A stretch of 63,087 nucleotides of DNA, filler included, from Sarea resinae (Eukaryota), in NCBI GenBank assembly GCA_026026165.1. It is 3 parts of 3 records of this genome, joined end to end, with 100 filler letters (N's around TTAATTAATTAA, not from the genome) between each part and the next. Parts side by side here need not be neighbours in the genome. Positions count along the whole stretch, not along the records: positions 1 to 22,334 come from JAPEUD010000131.1; positions 22,435 to 43,720 come from JAPEUD010000132.1; 1 more part is not named here. The stretch is one strand, 5' to 3'. Within the stretch, counting starts at the first letter, position 1; each line of letters opens with the position of its first letter. The notes below the pieces were generated by a model. It ran no database searches. It was not told the DNA's origin and saw only the letters and a list, made by a program, of their open reading frames with translations. Shown in pieces: positions 14,001 to 25,200 of this stretch. Position numbers and translations under genes: made by a program.

Positions 14001-16300
14001 TGCTCGGCGAGTCTTTCATCAGCTAGACGACCCTCTTCTTACTTACAATACCGACGACGAAAAGCTTATCGAGCCTCAGATTTACTGCCCGGTGGTGCCG
14101 ATGATCTTGGTCAATGGAGCTGATGGTATCGGTACCGGATGGAGTTCTCAAATTCCGAATTACAACCCGGAGGACATCGTAGAAAATCTGAAGCTAATGA
14201 TGGACGGTCAGCCTCCCAAGACTATGACTCCTTGGTTTCGTGGCTGGACGGGAGAGATTACCGACCTCGGTGCAAATCGTTACAAGTTCAGCGGTGTCAT
14301 CAGACAGACCGGTGACAACGAGGTTGAGATTACCGAGCTCCCCGTCCGTATTTGGACTCAAGACTTCAAGGAGAAACTCGAAGATATCATCAGAGCTGAG
14401 AAAATTCCTTCTTTCATCAAGGATTACACCGACTACAACACGCACTTGAAGGTTCATTTCATTGTGCAGATGGAAGACAAGCACATGAAGATTGCTCTCG
14501 AGGAAGGGCTGGAAGAGAAGTTTAAGCTCTCCAGAACCCTTGCGACTTCCAATCTGGTAGCTTTCGATGCGGAGGGACGGATCACCAAATACGCGACGGT
14601 GGAAGACATCCTCAAAGAGTTTTACTATCATCGTATTAAATTCTATGAGAAGCGAAAGGCACATCAACTTGCAGAGATGCAAAAGCAACTCGACAAATTG
14701 AGTAATCAGGCTAGATTTGTCCAGATGATCATTGATGGAAAGCTGGTCGTATCAAAGAAAAAGAAGAGCGACTTGATTGCCGAATTGAAACAGAAAAACT
14801 TCAAAGGGTTCCCAAAGATCAAAGAAGCACTCAAGGAAGGAGAGCTGGAGCCTATGGCTGATGAAGAGTCTGAGGAGGACGTCGAAGCAGATGCTAACGC
14901 ATATGATTATCTTTTGGGAGTAAGTGTCGCCACAAAACAGTAGCTGCGCCTGACTGACTCGAAAATAGATGGCTATTTGGTCGCTTACCCGAGAACGCGT
15001 GGAGAAACTCTTGAGGCAAATTGGCGATAAGGAGCTTGAGATTGATGAACTCATCAAACTCAGCAAGGAAGACCTCTGGAAGAGAGATCTCGATGAATTC
15101 ATTGCTGAATGGAGATTTCAACTTGAGGATGAAGCTAGTCGCCAAAAGAAGGTTGCGAAGGCAGGTCGACGAGCTTCAACCAAGCTCAAGCTACCAGGCA
15201 AAGGTGCGGGTGCCAGAAAGCGCAAGGCACAAGGCGAGGATAGTGACTCCGACTTTGGCGTTTCAAAGTCACCGAAGGCGAAGAAAACTGCTGCTGCTAG
15301 CCGGGCACAACCTAAGTCAGGAATGCTCAGCTATTTGCAAAAGCCACCGTCTTCACCAAAGCAAGCTAAGAAACCCGCCGCGGCTGCTCTCAAGTCCTCG
15401 GCCAAATCTTCGCCAGATGCCGGTGTGCAGGTAGACGGGACTTCTGATCCGATCACGGAGGAAGATAACAAGGTCCTCCCTGTTCAGAAAAAGGCTTCGA
15501 AGGTTGCTCCGAAGCGGGCCGTGTCAGAGGCGATGAACGAAAATTCCTCGGACACAAAACAATCCAAAACAGCGCCCGCTCGAAAGGCCCGCGCGGCGGC
15601 AAGCAAGCCGGTCAAGTATGGAGGATCAAGCGACTCTGACAGTGATAACGGCGATGATCTGCTCGGGGATGTCAGCAAAATGGTGAAAGGGATAGGCGGC
15701 GCCTCAAATGAGCAGTCGGCTGGTTCACGAAGCCTATTTTCTGCATCGATGTCGCGGCCTGGCAGTAGCGCTGGATTGACGAGAAAAGCCTCACGACCTT
15801 CCGCTAGGCTTATTGCCGACCTCTCAGATGATGAGACTGACTACTCAAAACTCGTTCCCCAGCCATCTCCGCAAAAGCCCGTCACAACAGCTGCGAAAGA
15901 CACCATCCTCTCAGATGATGAAGATGATTCTTTCAATATGCTTCCCACGGCAAAGCCGCTTGCGCAGCCAAAACCTTTGGCGAAACCATCCGCGAAAGCT
16001 GCCAAGCCGGCAGCCGCTCCAAGGGCCCAAAAGGCTGCTCCGAAGAAGGCTGCTTCGAAGCAAAGCAAGCCTGCTAAGAAGAACACTTCAGTCTCCGATG
16101 ACGATGATGTTGACGCCATTGCCAATAACATCTTAGACTCCCCGGACAGAGATACGGCGATGGCAGATTCTTCTCCTCCTCGAGCCGCACGTCCAGCTCG
16201 CCGGGCTGCAGCAGCTCGGAAGCCTGTTGTCTATGCCGTGGATGACGACAGCGAGGAAGAGAGTGAAGCCTTCTCCGAAGCCTTTTCCGACAGCGAATAG
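11053..16300 (+). CDS. TOP2: DNA topoisomerase II, multi-exon
   Basis: LEHVLKRPDTYIGS, GLYKIFDEIMVNAADN, NNGRGIP, TGGRNGFGAKL (GHKL ATPase), TEGDSA, PLRGKLLN, IMTDQDHDGSH (TOPRIM), ASARYIYT (catalytic Tyr), and a Lys/Ser-rich C-terminal tail ending at 16300. Confidence 0.98.
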
Positions 16301-18542
16301 GCCGGCATTCGCCCGTTTTTCTCAAAGAATTTCCAGGCGCGTCCCAAGCGCGTCCCTAGCACAGGAAATGAATCTTTAGTCGTGTCTTAACGTTGTTCTC
16401 TACTCGGTATCAAATCAATTACGAAAAGCTTTTGTGGTGTTGTGTGGTTTCTCAGGTTGGATTATCAGGGGCTGTGTTCGGCGTGTTTAAGGATGGTGGA
16501 TTTCGGAAGGAGCATTGTACTTCATGTTTACTAAAGCATAGATCAATCGATGAAAATACTTTCACTGTCAGGATCAGGTAGGCGCTCCCTGACGTTCGGC
16601 CTTGAGGACAGTAGCTCAACCGAAGCTATGACAAAGTGAGGGACGTTAGTCCCTGGTGGAGAAGGGGGCTGTCAAGATGAGACAGCAGTGTCCGTCACTG
16701 ACATAAGAAGCTGAGGATTTGCATTGATATTGGTGGCCAGGGAGTGAAAAGCGAGCAGACGGGGCAAGGTTAGACACCTGTTACTGGACCAGAACAGTGC
16801 CCGGTGATTCCTATCGCTGAGAACCTTCCTGGCAGATGAAGTCATCGTGACACCGACCCTACCGTGCCTAACAGGTAATGGCTAAATAACGGAAAATACT
16901 ATATGGCGCTTGGACTCACTTGGTATTCGATAAACGATATCTGCATGGAATCCGCAACGGTGGCGTACTGCATACGGTAGGCATTGACTGCCTGGGCCTT
17001 GTGGATGGAGTCAATCCCCCCCCGGCAGATCGAAAACAGCCTCCATCTCATGGCGCGATCAAATAAAGAAACATCAGCCAACGTTTCCGTTCACCTCTCA
17101 AACGTTCCAGGCTTGCAGTCGCTTTCGTGACGCCAAGCCTACGAACCTCTCCCTTCGTCGACGTACGTTGGATCCCTGTGCAGCACCACGGGTAGCAAAG
17201 TCACCGACAGCCTTCTCGAAACACTCTAGAAGGTGCTTTTATCTTCAATAAGGTGAAGAGAATGCAGCCTGGCGGGCAGCTGCATTCGAACCGTCCAGGA
17301 CCAGCATCACCCGCAGCAGCGGTCAAGCCTCTCGAGAGGGTTGGCGGTGACTTCACGCTCAGGTCACACTGTGGTACTGTATGCTGTGATTGAAACCAGT
17401 GGATCGAGTCGCTTCCTGTCTCTCCTGTCCTCTCTATTCAGACCCACAAGCTGGTTCGAAATTCTTTGTTCTCTGAGGCCCGGAAACCACGGCTTAGGTG
17501 CCTTCCCGTGACCTTGCTGCAGCTTCCCGAGCCAAAGCCGTGCCGACCACAGCGACCACAGCGTGTACCTGAAGGAGCAACGAATATGGCGGCAAACTCG
17601 CTGTAAAGCCTGTCATGACGGGATGCTGATTCGCTGTGGCCCGACTGTCAAACTGAGCAGCTTTGCAGATTCGATCCTTGCTGCCTGAATGTTGAGAGAG
17701 AGAGAGAGATGGGCATTCGTCGTTCGGCTTTTGCCTGGCCTTTGCTCATCGTTACCTGGGAACAGGAAACCTGCAGAGCCTGCCTTGATCCTAGGGAACC
17801 CTCTAGCATCGGTCATCTCGCTGGATAAATTGCCTGTCCTGGGTGACGAGCCTGGTCCACCATGTTTCCTGATCTGGATGATGCCACCAGCCTAATGAGA
17901 ACGATGGGGCGGGAATTGCGTGGGCTGACTGCATTTGCCTTGCTCATCTTTTGTCGGTCTGCAATGTTCATCTGTTCCATGCAGATGCTTCTGGACGTCC
18001 CCAAAGCATCAAGCAGGTGCCGGTAACGCAGACGTCCAGTCACTACCATGTCGACATCTGGAAGAAAACGCGGTGCGTAGTCAGGTAAGATCCTCGATGC
18101 CCGGACCCCCGAATGCGAAACGTGAACGGGAGCCCGGGCAAATAGATGCAGATTTCCCCCTGTCCTTCTAAAAACAAAGATCTCAGACGGCTGGGGTGGC
18201 AGCTGCATGGAGCTTGCATTTGCCTGCTTTGGCAAGCTTTGGCGCTCAAAGACTCACACTCGTGGCCCCGCAGGCCTTGCTGCTGCGTAGAGCCAACCCC
18301 TTCGACTCTTTGAGCTGCTCGAGAGACGTAAAAGGCAACCTCGTCTCGTCCCATCCCCGTGCTGTTTGCCAGCACGAGCACTAGACTTCTAACGCTCTGG
18401 GCGAGGCTACTATTAGTAGAGAGGTCTCACGTTACCGCCACTTTGCTCCCGTCGCTTCGTTCGAGTTATCCCAATAGCTTCATCCATCTCAAGTCCGTTT
18501 CAACTATTTCCTCGTGCCGTGGGCTTCACTACTCTCTCAACG

Positions 18543-20123
18543 ATGGTCTCTGTTGCATCCTTATTGAACCCCGTTACAGCGAGCGGCTCCATGCACCGTC
18601 GACCTTCTCATCAACGTCCTTTTGACCAAACATCAGCTCAAATATCGAAGCCACTCTCGACGTCTCCGGCAAAACGACAGAAAATGACCAAGGACTCGGC
18701 GCTGTTCGTCAAGGCCAAGGTCAAGGGAGAGATTCGATTCCCTCCTTTCGAAGAGGTAGATGACAAGCTCGTTATCAAGCTTGAAGAGTTCCAGATCTAC
18801 CCCGTTGGACGAATCGGAGACTATCACAGGCACATTCCTTACAACAGCGAGAAAAAAGGTTACACGGCGAAAACGGGAAGGGAGAGCTTTGAAGGTGAAT
18901 TGAAAGTTACAGAGTGTCAAGACTTTTACTAAATCTTTGCAAAACAGTGTTTCAGTACGTCTTCAAGCTGCCAGGAGACTCTCGAGATTTTGTGGTCATG
19001 TGGGATTACAACATTGGTCTTGTTCGCATCACGCCGTTCTTCAAGTGTTGCAATTATTCGAAGGCATGTTGGCAGTTGGTGTCGTCACAAGTTGCCTACG
19101 GACTTACCCAGCTGATTACACCTCTCGTACAGACAACACCAGCCAAGATGTTGAATCTCAACCCAGGACTCAAGGATATCTGCCACAGTATCACTGGAGG
19201 TGCTCTTGCGGCTCAAGGTATTCACCTTTCCGGATGAACATTGTCTCAAAGATAAACAACTGATGCGAGAAACCAATCAAGGATATTGGATGCCGTATGA
19301 TGCGGCCAAAGCAGTAGCAGCGACCTTTTGCTACAACATCCGTTGGGCTTTAACACCCCTATTCGGTCCTGACTTCCTGAACCTCTGCACAAAGCCTGGA
19401 AGCCCAGAGTACGGTAGGATGATCATTCCGCAAGTCATCGTGCAGCACTGCACCGCGGAAGCCCACCGATTCCGCAGGTTAAATGGCCTTGACGTTGGCA
19501 ACAGCAATTTTGGCTCGGTCTTGCAAACGCCTCTCACAATGGCCACTACACAACCTGCCTTATCTGCTTCCGGCATCCTTCGCGTCCCCAAACACTACTC
19601 CCCGAGGACGTCAAAGCACCTCAGCCGGACACTGTTAGTTGCCTCGGAGGCCGAAAGCGGGTACGGCACCGATACAGACCAGAGCGAGAAATACCAGAGC
19701 TCTCCAGGGACAAAATGGAGGCTCCTTGCCGACCGTTCCTGGTCATATTACTCTCCAGTGCCCCGACTCGAGCGGCGCGCTTCCTCCCCAAACCGACGTC
19801 TCGGACATCGGTTTGATCCCATCAGCCGACTATCGGCGGACTCGAAGTCAATGTCCCGATCGCCTTGCGCATCCGCTGCTGAAAACAACAAGCGGGCCTT
19901 CCTAGAACCAGAGTGCGACACGGATGCCGACGACGAGGGAACCTCCATTTCCCCCTCCTACTCGCCGTCTATATCCTCTGTGGCATCGGTGTCTGGGCCG
20001 CTGTCTTCGGGCGAGAGCCCCGTTTCCGCTGTCGAGGCGCCCAAACCCATCTCGTCGATCACAGCCAACGCCGCGTATGCACTCCTACAGCTCTATAATG
20101 CCGACACGACTACTACGCCGTGA
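18543..20123 (+). CDS. XBP1: APSES/KilA-N domain transcription factor, Xbp1-like, multi-exon
   Basis: [102 protein letters not shown] matches the Xbp1-type KilA-N domain. Confidence 0.9.
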
Positions 20124-20721
20124 GAGGCGAATGGAAGATGAAAGTGTAGGTGATGGCCGTTGTGTCTGGATTCTTCAGAGGGCCGAAGGGTTAGTCTCTG
20201 GTTCTGAGGTGTGTGATCTGTGCTCCTCGATATACGATAGTATTCAAGCGTGTTGGGTCTCATTGGGAGACCCAAATACACATTCTCCCTAAAACAGACA
20301 AAGTCTGATCAGAAAGACATAGAAAGCATGGCCGCTTCATCCTCCCTCTCTACGTTTTCATTTTCTCTTTCCACTCTCTTTTCCAATTTCCATGCCCTGT
20401 TGCATCCAGCCCCACCCCCCTCCGGCCCGTCCCATTCACCCTCGCTGATAACGAACGACACGATACGCCCACATGTCCTGGATGACCCCCCACACTTCTC
20501 CGCATTTATTGCACCTAGGACAGTTATTCCTCCTTTCCTGGTTAGTCAATCAAATCAATCAAATCAATCGATCAATCGTTGAACAGTAATACTTCTTTTC
20601 GTTTCCATTTTATTTTGTTTTCTCCTTTTTCCCTCTTCAGTACCAGAGCAGACGCCATAGATTACATAAATCAAAGGGAATGCGCTTTCCGCTCTTGCTC
20701 TTGCTTTGCTCTGCGTGTGCT

Positions 20722-20800
20722 CTGTGCTCTATGCTCTATGCTCTATGCTCTATGCTCTATGCTCTATGCTCTATGCTCTATGCTCTGTGCTCTGTGCTCT
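20722..20800. repeat. (TGCTCTA)n 7-bp minisatellite
   Basis: About 10 tandem units of CTCTATG/CTCTGTG. Confidence 0.9.
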
Positions 20801-21245
20801 ATACTCTATTCTCTATGCCTTGAAAACCCAGACATCGCTACCTTACTGAGCTACGTTCGTGGGCTCCCTCCGTGAGCCACCTCCTATGGAACTGGCAAAT
20901 TCCATTCTAGCCCCAGCCCCAGCCAAACCATGTACCCGAGTCCGAGCGCGAGCGCGAGCGCGAGCGTGTTTGGATGGGGTAGAGAAGAGGTTTTGACTAA
21001 ATAATTTCCGGAGCGGGGGGGAGGGGTTACGTGTGTACGTGTACGTAGGTACGTGGGTACAGGTACGAAGGTAATGCAACTTAGAACCGGCCCCCCCCCC
21101 CCAACTCCGAGCGAGCGAGCATAGGATGATTGAACTTCAACGATGAATTACTCAACAACGCACCGATAGATTTCCTTCAAATTAAAGATATAGATAGTTA
21201 ACATCATGTAGAAGAGGAATATCAATTTTGTTTAGGAGCGACAGC

Positions 21246-22334
21246 TCAACATTTCGTTGCGTATCTATCTATCTTTAAAACCTCCTCGATCTAAGCAGGC
21301 ATTGAGTCTACCTACTTGTTGAAATTCTGCTTAGCCACTAAACGATCCCACTCTGATTTTGCTGCTTGCTAGAGATCCTCTAGGTTATTGTACACCTTAG
21401 GCTAGTGCTTGATTCTCTGCTTCATAGCCCCCCACATATTTTCATTAGGGTTAAGATCTAGTGAAGAAGGGGGCCAAATTAGACTCCTAAGACCTGCTCC
21501 TTTCCTCTACTTAACAGCCTCCTTTGAGCGATGAATAGGTGCGCTGTCTTCTATAAGTAGTGGATCTATATTTAGAGACTGTAGATGATAAAATGCTGGT
21601 TCGATCTATAGTTCAAGCACTTGTTCTATATAGTCAACAGTGCCTATCCCATTTTTTATCTCTCCTCCACGTCTAATTTTATTTGTAGGCTTAAGCTTCA
21701 CTAGCTCTGTTGCTCTACTGTACTAGATGCCTCTCTAGACTATTACTAAGCCTCTGCCTAAGTGTCAAGTCTTAACAGTGCAGTCAGGGCAGAACCTTTT
21801 AAAGGACCTTCTTATCACCTATTTCTTTCCTTTTATCCCTGTGTTAAAAGAGGATTTATCGGTCTAAATAACGCGTCGCTACTGATCCACAGTCTAGTCC
21901 TTATGCTTCTTCGCAAAATCCAGCCTTTTCTTGCGATTGATTTTGTTAATAAATGGCTTAAAACAGGCTGTGCATTTGTGGAAGCCAATACATGCAAGGG
22001 CATTGCAAATTGTTGTACAACAGGCCTGGATTTCTAGCTCTTTTGCCTAAACTAAATAGGATGCTTGCCTTGCATCTGCTGATTCACATATCCTTCGTGT
22101 AAGTTGTCTGAGCAAACAGTCGCTGATTTTTAGTGGTTAGCCTTTGCGTCCTCCTGGATCGCGTTGCGAAGATTTTTGACCGATGATACGCCTCACAGTG
22201 CTGCGCGGGACCTGGGTAAGCTGGGAAATTCTAGTATAGCCCACGTCGCTCGCCTGATGCAGAGTTCGTATCTGCTTTCGTTTTGTATCGTTCCATTCGC
22301 ATTGTGGCCCAGGGCGTGGCGGCGAAGAATTCAT
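21246..22334 (-). mobile_element. Tc1/mariner DD34E transposase relic, RIP-inactivated; 5' end runs into the gap
   Basis: N-terminal HTH (GYTRISQLTQVPRSTVRRII), FAKKHKD*TVDQ*RRVI*TDKSSF (Trp TGG>TAG three times), EDSAPIH followed by exactly 34 residues then E in WPPSSLDLNPNENMW, and a SMPA*IEEVLK..ATKC* tail. Confidence 0.92.
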
Positions 22335-22434
22335 NNNNNNNNNNNNNNNNNNNNNNNNNNNNNNNNNNNNNNNNNNNNTTAATTAATTAANNNNNNNNNN
22401 NNNNNNNNNNNNNNNNNNNNNNNNNNNNNNNNNN
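22335..22434. other. Assembly gap with artificial TTAATTAATTAA stop-linker
   Basis: N-run interrupted by a palindromic linker with stops in all frames; the same linker occurs in the second gap. Confidence 0.95.
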
Positions 22435-22537
22435 CCCCCCCACCAGACCCCCACAATATCCTAAAAACAAGGAAAATGAAACCCCTAACAATGGCCATCC
22501 CCACTAATGCACTCAATCTCTGCGCCTGAGTAAACAG

Positions 22538-23048
22538 AAAACCCGACCTCACCCAAGCCCTTCAAGACACCCATCTCCAAACCGCCCTAACCCACAGCCC
22601 ACAAACGCGCCACCCATCGCTCTCCTACGCCCACTCCCAAACATCAACACATCTCGCAACGACGATCGCACTCGCGACCGCGCTCGTGCGCCAAGAAGCC
22701 GACCTGCACGCCGCGCGCACGCACACGCAAGCTCGTCTCCTCGCCGCACACGCCCTCGAGCGCCAATGGCGCGCGAAACAGTCGGCCATGGATGAGGCCC
22801 TGGCGCCCTTCGGGCCCAAGGCCCTGTATCAGCGCCTCTGTGCCGCAGTCGCAGAGCAGGAGGCCGTGTGTGCGGCACTGGAGGAGAGCTTCCTCGAGGG
22901 CGGCGGTGGGGCCGGCGAAGAGGGTAGGGGAGGTGAGAGGGAGGTGAATGAATTCGTGAAGAGGTATCGCGAGGCCAGGAAGTTGGCGTATCTGAGGCGC
23001 GAGAGGAAGGAGAGGTGGGATGAGGGTAGGGTGGGAGGGTGGCGGTAA
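22538..23048 (+). CDS. VPS37: ESCRT-I subunit Vps37/Srn2-like (Mod(r) domain), 3' exon only; 5' part lost in gap
   Basis: After the CAG acceptor at 22537: ...HPSLS...LERQWRAKQSAMDEALAPFGPKALYQRL...EQEAVCAALEESFLEG...EVNEFVKRYREARKLAYLRRERKERWDEGRVGGWR*, the characteristic fungal Vps37 C-terminus. Confidence 0.8.
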
Positions 23049-23465
23049 CTTTGGCGGTTGTTACCGTTCGTGTGAGGCTGAGGCTGAGGCTGTGGATGTG
23101 ATGTGGAGGTGGATGTGATGTGGAATGGCATGGCGTAGATCCTGCGCCGTGCGTGGCTGCATTTGGATCAGAGCGTTTTATTTGATAGCAGCATTTAGCG
23201 AGTTCAGCGGCATTTATATCATGAGGAATACATCAATGATTCAGTCGCAAATATAGAGGTAGTGATGAATCATTGCTATCATTCATTGAGGCTATTGATA
23301 TTATAGAATCATCGCTCATGTCTCGTAGCTCATCACGACGTTTACGGCAACACATCAGTTCTGGTCATGAATAACGCGTATAACGATATCTGAATTCGAG
23401 AAAAGTCAGTACATTGACAATCGAAGGAGGCCAGTCAGCACAACGTGTTGTGAAAAGAAAAGGGA

Positions 23466-23547
23466 TCAGTTCTCCAAGGTGAAATTATTGTATCTTCAAA
23501 GACGAATCTCAGGAAGAACACAGCGAATGTTTTGAGCTCATCATCAA
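23466..23547 (-). ncRNA. Box C/D snoRNA, U55-like double guide (LSU rRNA Cm; 5.8S rRNA Am)
   Basis: Box C TGATGA and box D CTGA. D guide TTCACCTTGGAGA is complementary to LSU UCUCCAAGGUGAA. D' guide TTCGCTGTGTTCTTC+CTGA is complementary (one G-U pair) to 5.8S GAAGAACGCAGCGAA. Confidence 0.8.
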
Positions 23548-23763
23548 GAATCTTTCGACAGGAACGGACAGTGCTGCTATGCATGACATAAATAGGAAGA
23601 CCATCATCAACTTACCAAGAAAGCCTTTACGCAAGGCGCGCGGATTACAGGTTCTCGATCTCACCTATAGCACACGCGGAGGAATTGGTCAGCCGCGGAT
23701 CATAACAAAGTATAAGTGATAGTCTTGTGTAATGAGAAGCAACGATGCAAGGACCATCTGCAA

Positions 23764-23934
23764 TCAGGCTTGACGGGCCCACATATTAGCATAAATTCTC
23801 CACCGGAATCATTCGAGGGAAGAGCGGGCGTGACTTACCTCATTAAATCAGAATTTTCAGTGTATGGTACGTTCATCACCGACCACCCTCGTTACAAGGC
23901 AGCCGGTTCAAACAGTGTGAATAGTGATCATCAT
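23764..23934 (-). ncRNA. snR51: Box C/D snoRNA snR51, apparently interrupted by a 70-nt intron (23769-23838)
   Basis: Box C ATGATGA 23934-23928. D' guide TATTCACACTG (LSU CAGUGUGAAUA; yeast Um2729 site). D guide TGATTTAATGAG|C-CTGA (18S GCUCAUUAAAUCA; yeast Am100 site) is complete only after splicing. Confidence 0.85.
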
Positions 23935-24086
23935 ATAAAGAGATGGTGCTGCCGGATTATGTATAGAGGACAAGGCGGAGAAAGCAAATTATTACCTGTC
24001 AAGTCTGGATGACAGTTAGCGTTCGACGTTCTTCTGTGGAATATAACACAGCGCCAGCGAAGCATAATTTCGTGCGTATTGGGTGA

Positions 24087-24209
24087 TCAGCTGACGAATT
24101 CTCAACAAGTATCTCTCCAAGCCCCACCCAACAAAGTTTGTACGCTTTGTTTTTGACGGATGGGGATGGGGAGTACAGTCTGTCCGCCCGTTCGTTCAAA
24201 TTTCCTCAT
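24087..24209 (-). ncRNA. snR70: Box C/D snoRNA snR70-like
   Basis: Box C ATGAGGA; guide ACGGGCGG-A-CAGA(D') complementary to 18S CCGCCCGU, with D'+5 landing on the yeast Cm1639 equivalent; terminal CTGA; positioned between snR41 and snR51 as in the yeast cluster. Confidence 0.75.
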
Positions 24210-24333
24210 GGTGTCGCAGGAGGGAGGCAGGCAGATGAAGAGCATGTGGGTGTGTACCTGTAATTAATTTGAACGTTAGCTGCGGTGTCTCACTTGCCGA
24301 AAGGCGAGGCGTAAGCAGGAGATTGAATTGAAC

Positions 24334-24420
24334 TCAGACAAGGCTGAAACTTAAATAGACAGTATCCACAAAGAATATTCGGAATGAGGAATGCCTTTCC
24401 GTATGTCACTTGATCATCAT
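24334..24420 (-). ncRNA. snR41: Box C/D snoRNA snR41
   Basis: ATGATGA...CTGA. D guide TTTAAGTTTCAGCCTTG is complementary to 18S CAAGGCUGAAACUUAAA (D+5 = yeast Gm1126 site). Second element CTCATTCC is complementary to 18S GGAAUGAG (Am541 region). Confidence 0.88.
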
Positions 24421-24614
24421 AGGAGAAGGTGCAGCGGCAGAAGACGCCGGATCTGTAAGAACATCATGCGTAGATAACACGTACCTTTGTCAATTGAGAT
24501 GTTCGAACGTGGCGCTGCAAGGCTTTAGGTAGGAATGGAAATCTGGAAAGCCGTCATGTCAGTAACACTCGACTTGGTACCCAGCAAGGACGACGGCAGC
24601 AATCGATGATAGGA

Positions 24615-24690
24615 TCAGAGTAAGTAAAAATAATGGGAATCCTGCATGATAGTATAGGATTTGGATTGTTCATGGTATAAAGATCATCAT
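24615..24690 (-). ncRNA. Box C/D snoRNA targeting the LSU rRNA UUGGAUUGUUCA region
   Basis: ATGATGA box C, CTGA box D, and a 12-nt element TGAACAATCCAA complementary to conserved LSU rRNA; lies in the first host intron. Confidence 0.72.
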
Positions 24691-25200
24691 GTCGCACGAC
24701 GGCTAGGTCGTGAATGCCAGAACAACGGAGTGGGAGAAATGACTTACCAGAAGAGAAGAACAATGAAGAGGCGCTCGGAAGACAAGAGCTTGAGGGAATC
24801 AATGAAGAGGATCGAAGAAGAGATCTCACACTGAAATGTTGTCGATTGCAGGTAGAAGTGGGTGAGGAAGGAAAAGAAGATGGGAATTTCTTCGCGAGAA
24901 GTTTTGAGGCGAAGGCCCGGCTAGCTACGGTGCCCGTTGCGGCCTCCGCTGCGCTTCTCGGCCACTGCACTTTAGGTCGGCACGGGTGTCCGTCATTGTT
25001 CACGTTCGTGAGCTTTTATCTGACCTGGAGGATTACTTTCAGGAGACCATGCCATGGACCCGGAGTTTGAATGACTTTGTATTGAATTGCCAGTGCCAGC
25101 GCGTATCGTCTGAAAGTACCCAACGCTCAACTACACTATTTCAATATCTAAAGATATTGCGGCATGGAGAGATATCATAAAGGCCGTGAGAGCTTGGACC

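Larger units (their letters stand above)
23390..24747 (-). ncRNA. Spliced non-coding snoRNA host transcript with five snoRNA-bearing introns
   Basis: Donor/branch/acceptor sets on the minus strand: 24747-24543, 24484-24258, 24257-24005, 23995-23665, 23615-23390. Each encloses one C/D snoRNA; exons are short and carry no credible ORF. Confidence 0.75.

Noticed and set aside
22379..22390. TTAATTAATTAA palindrome inside N runs (also 43765-43776)
   Set aside because: Artificial scaffolding linker; adjacency across both gaps should be treated as unverified.
24554..25070. ORFs of 149 aa (-) and 118 aa (+) as a second DUF3328 or other cluster gene
   Set aside because: No HxxHC or other motif; they overlap the 5' part of the snoRNA host transcript.
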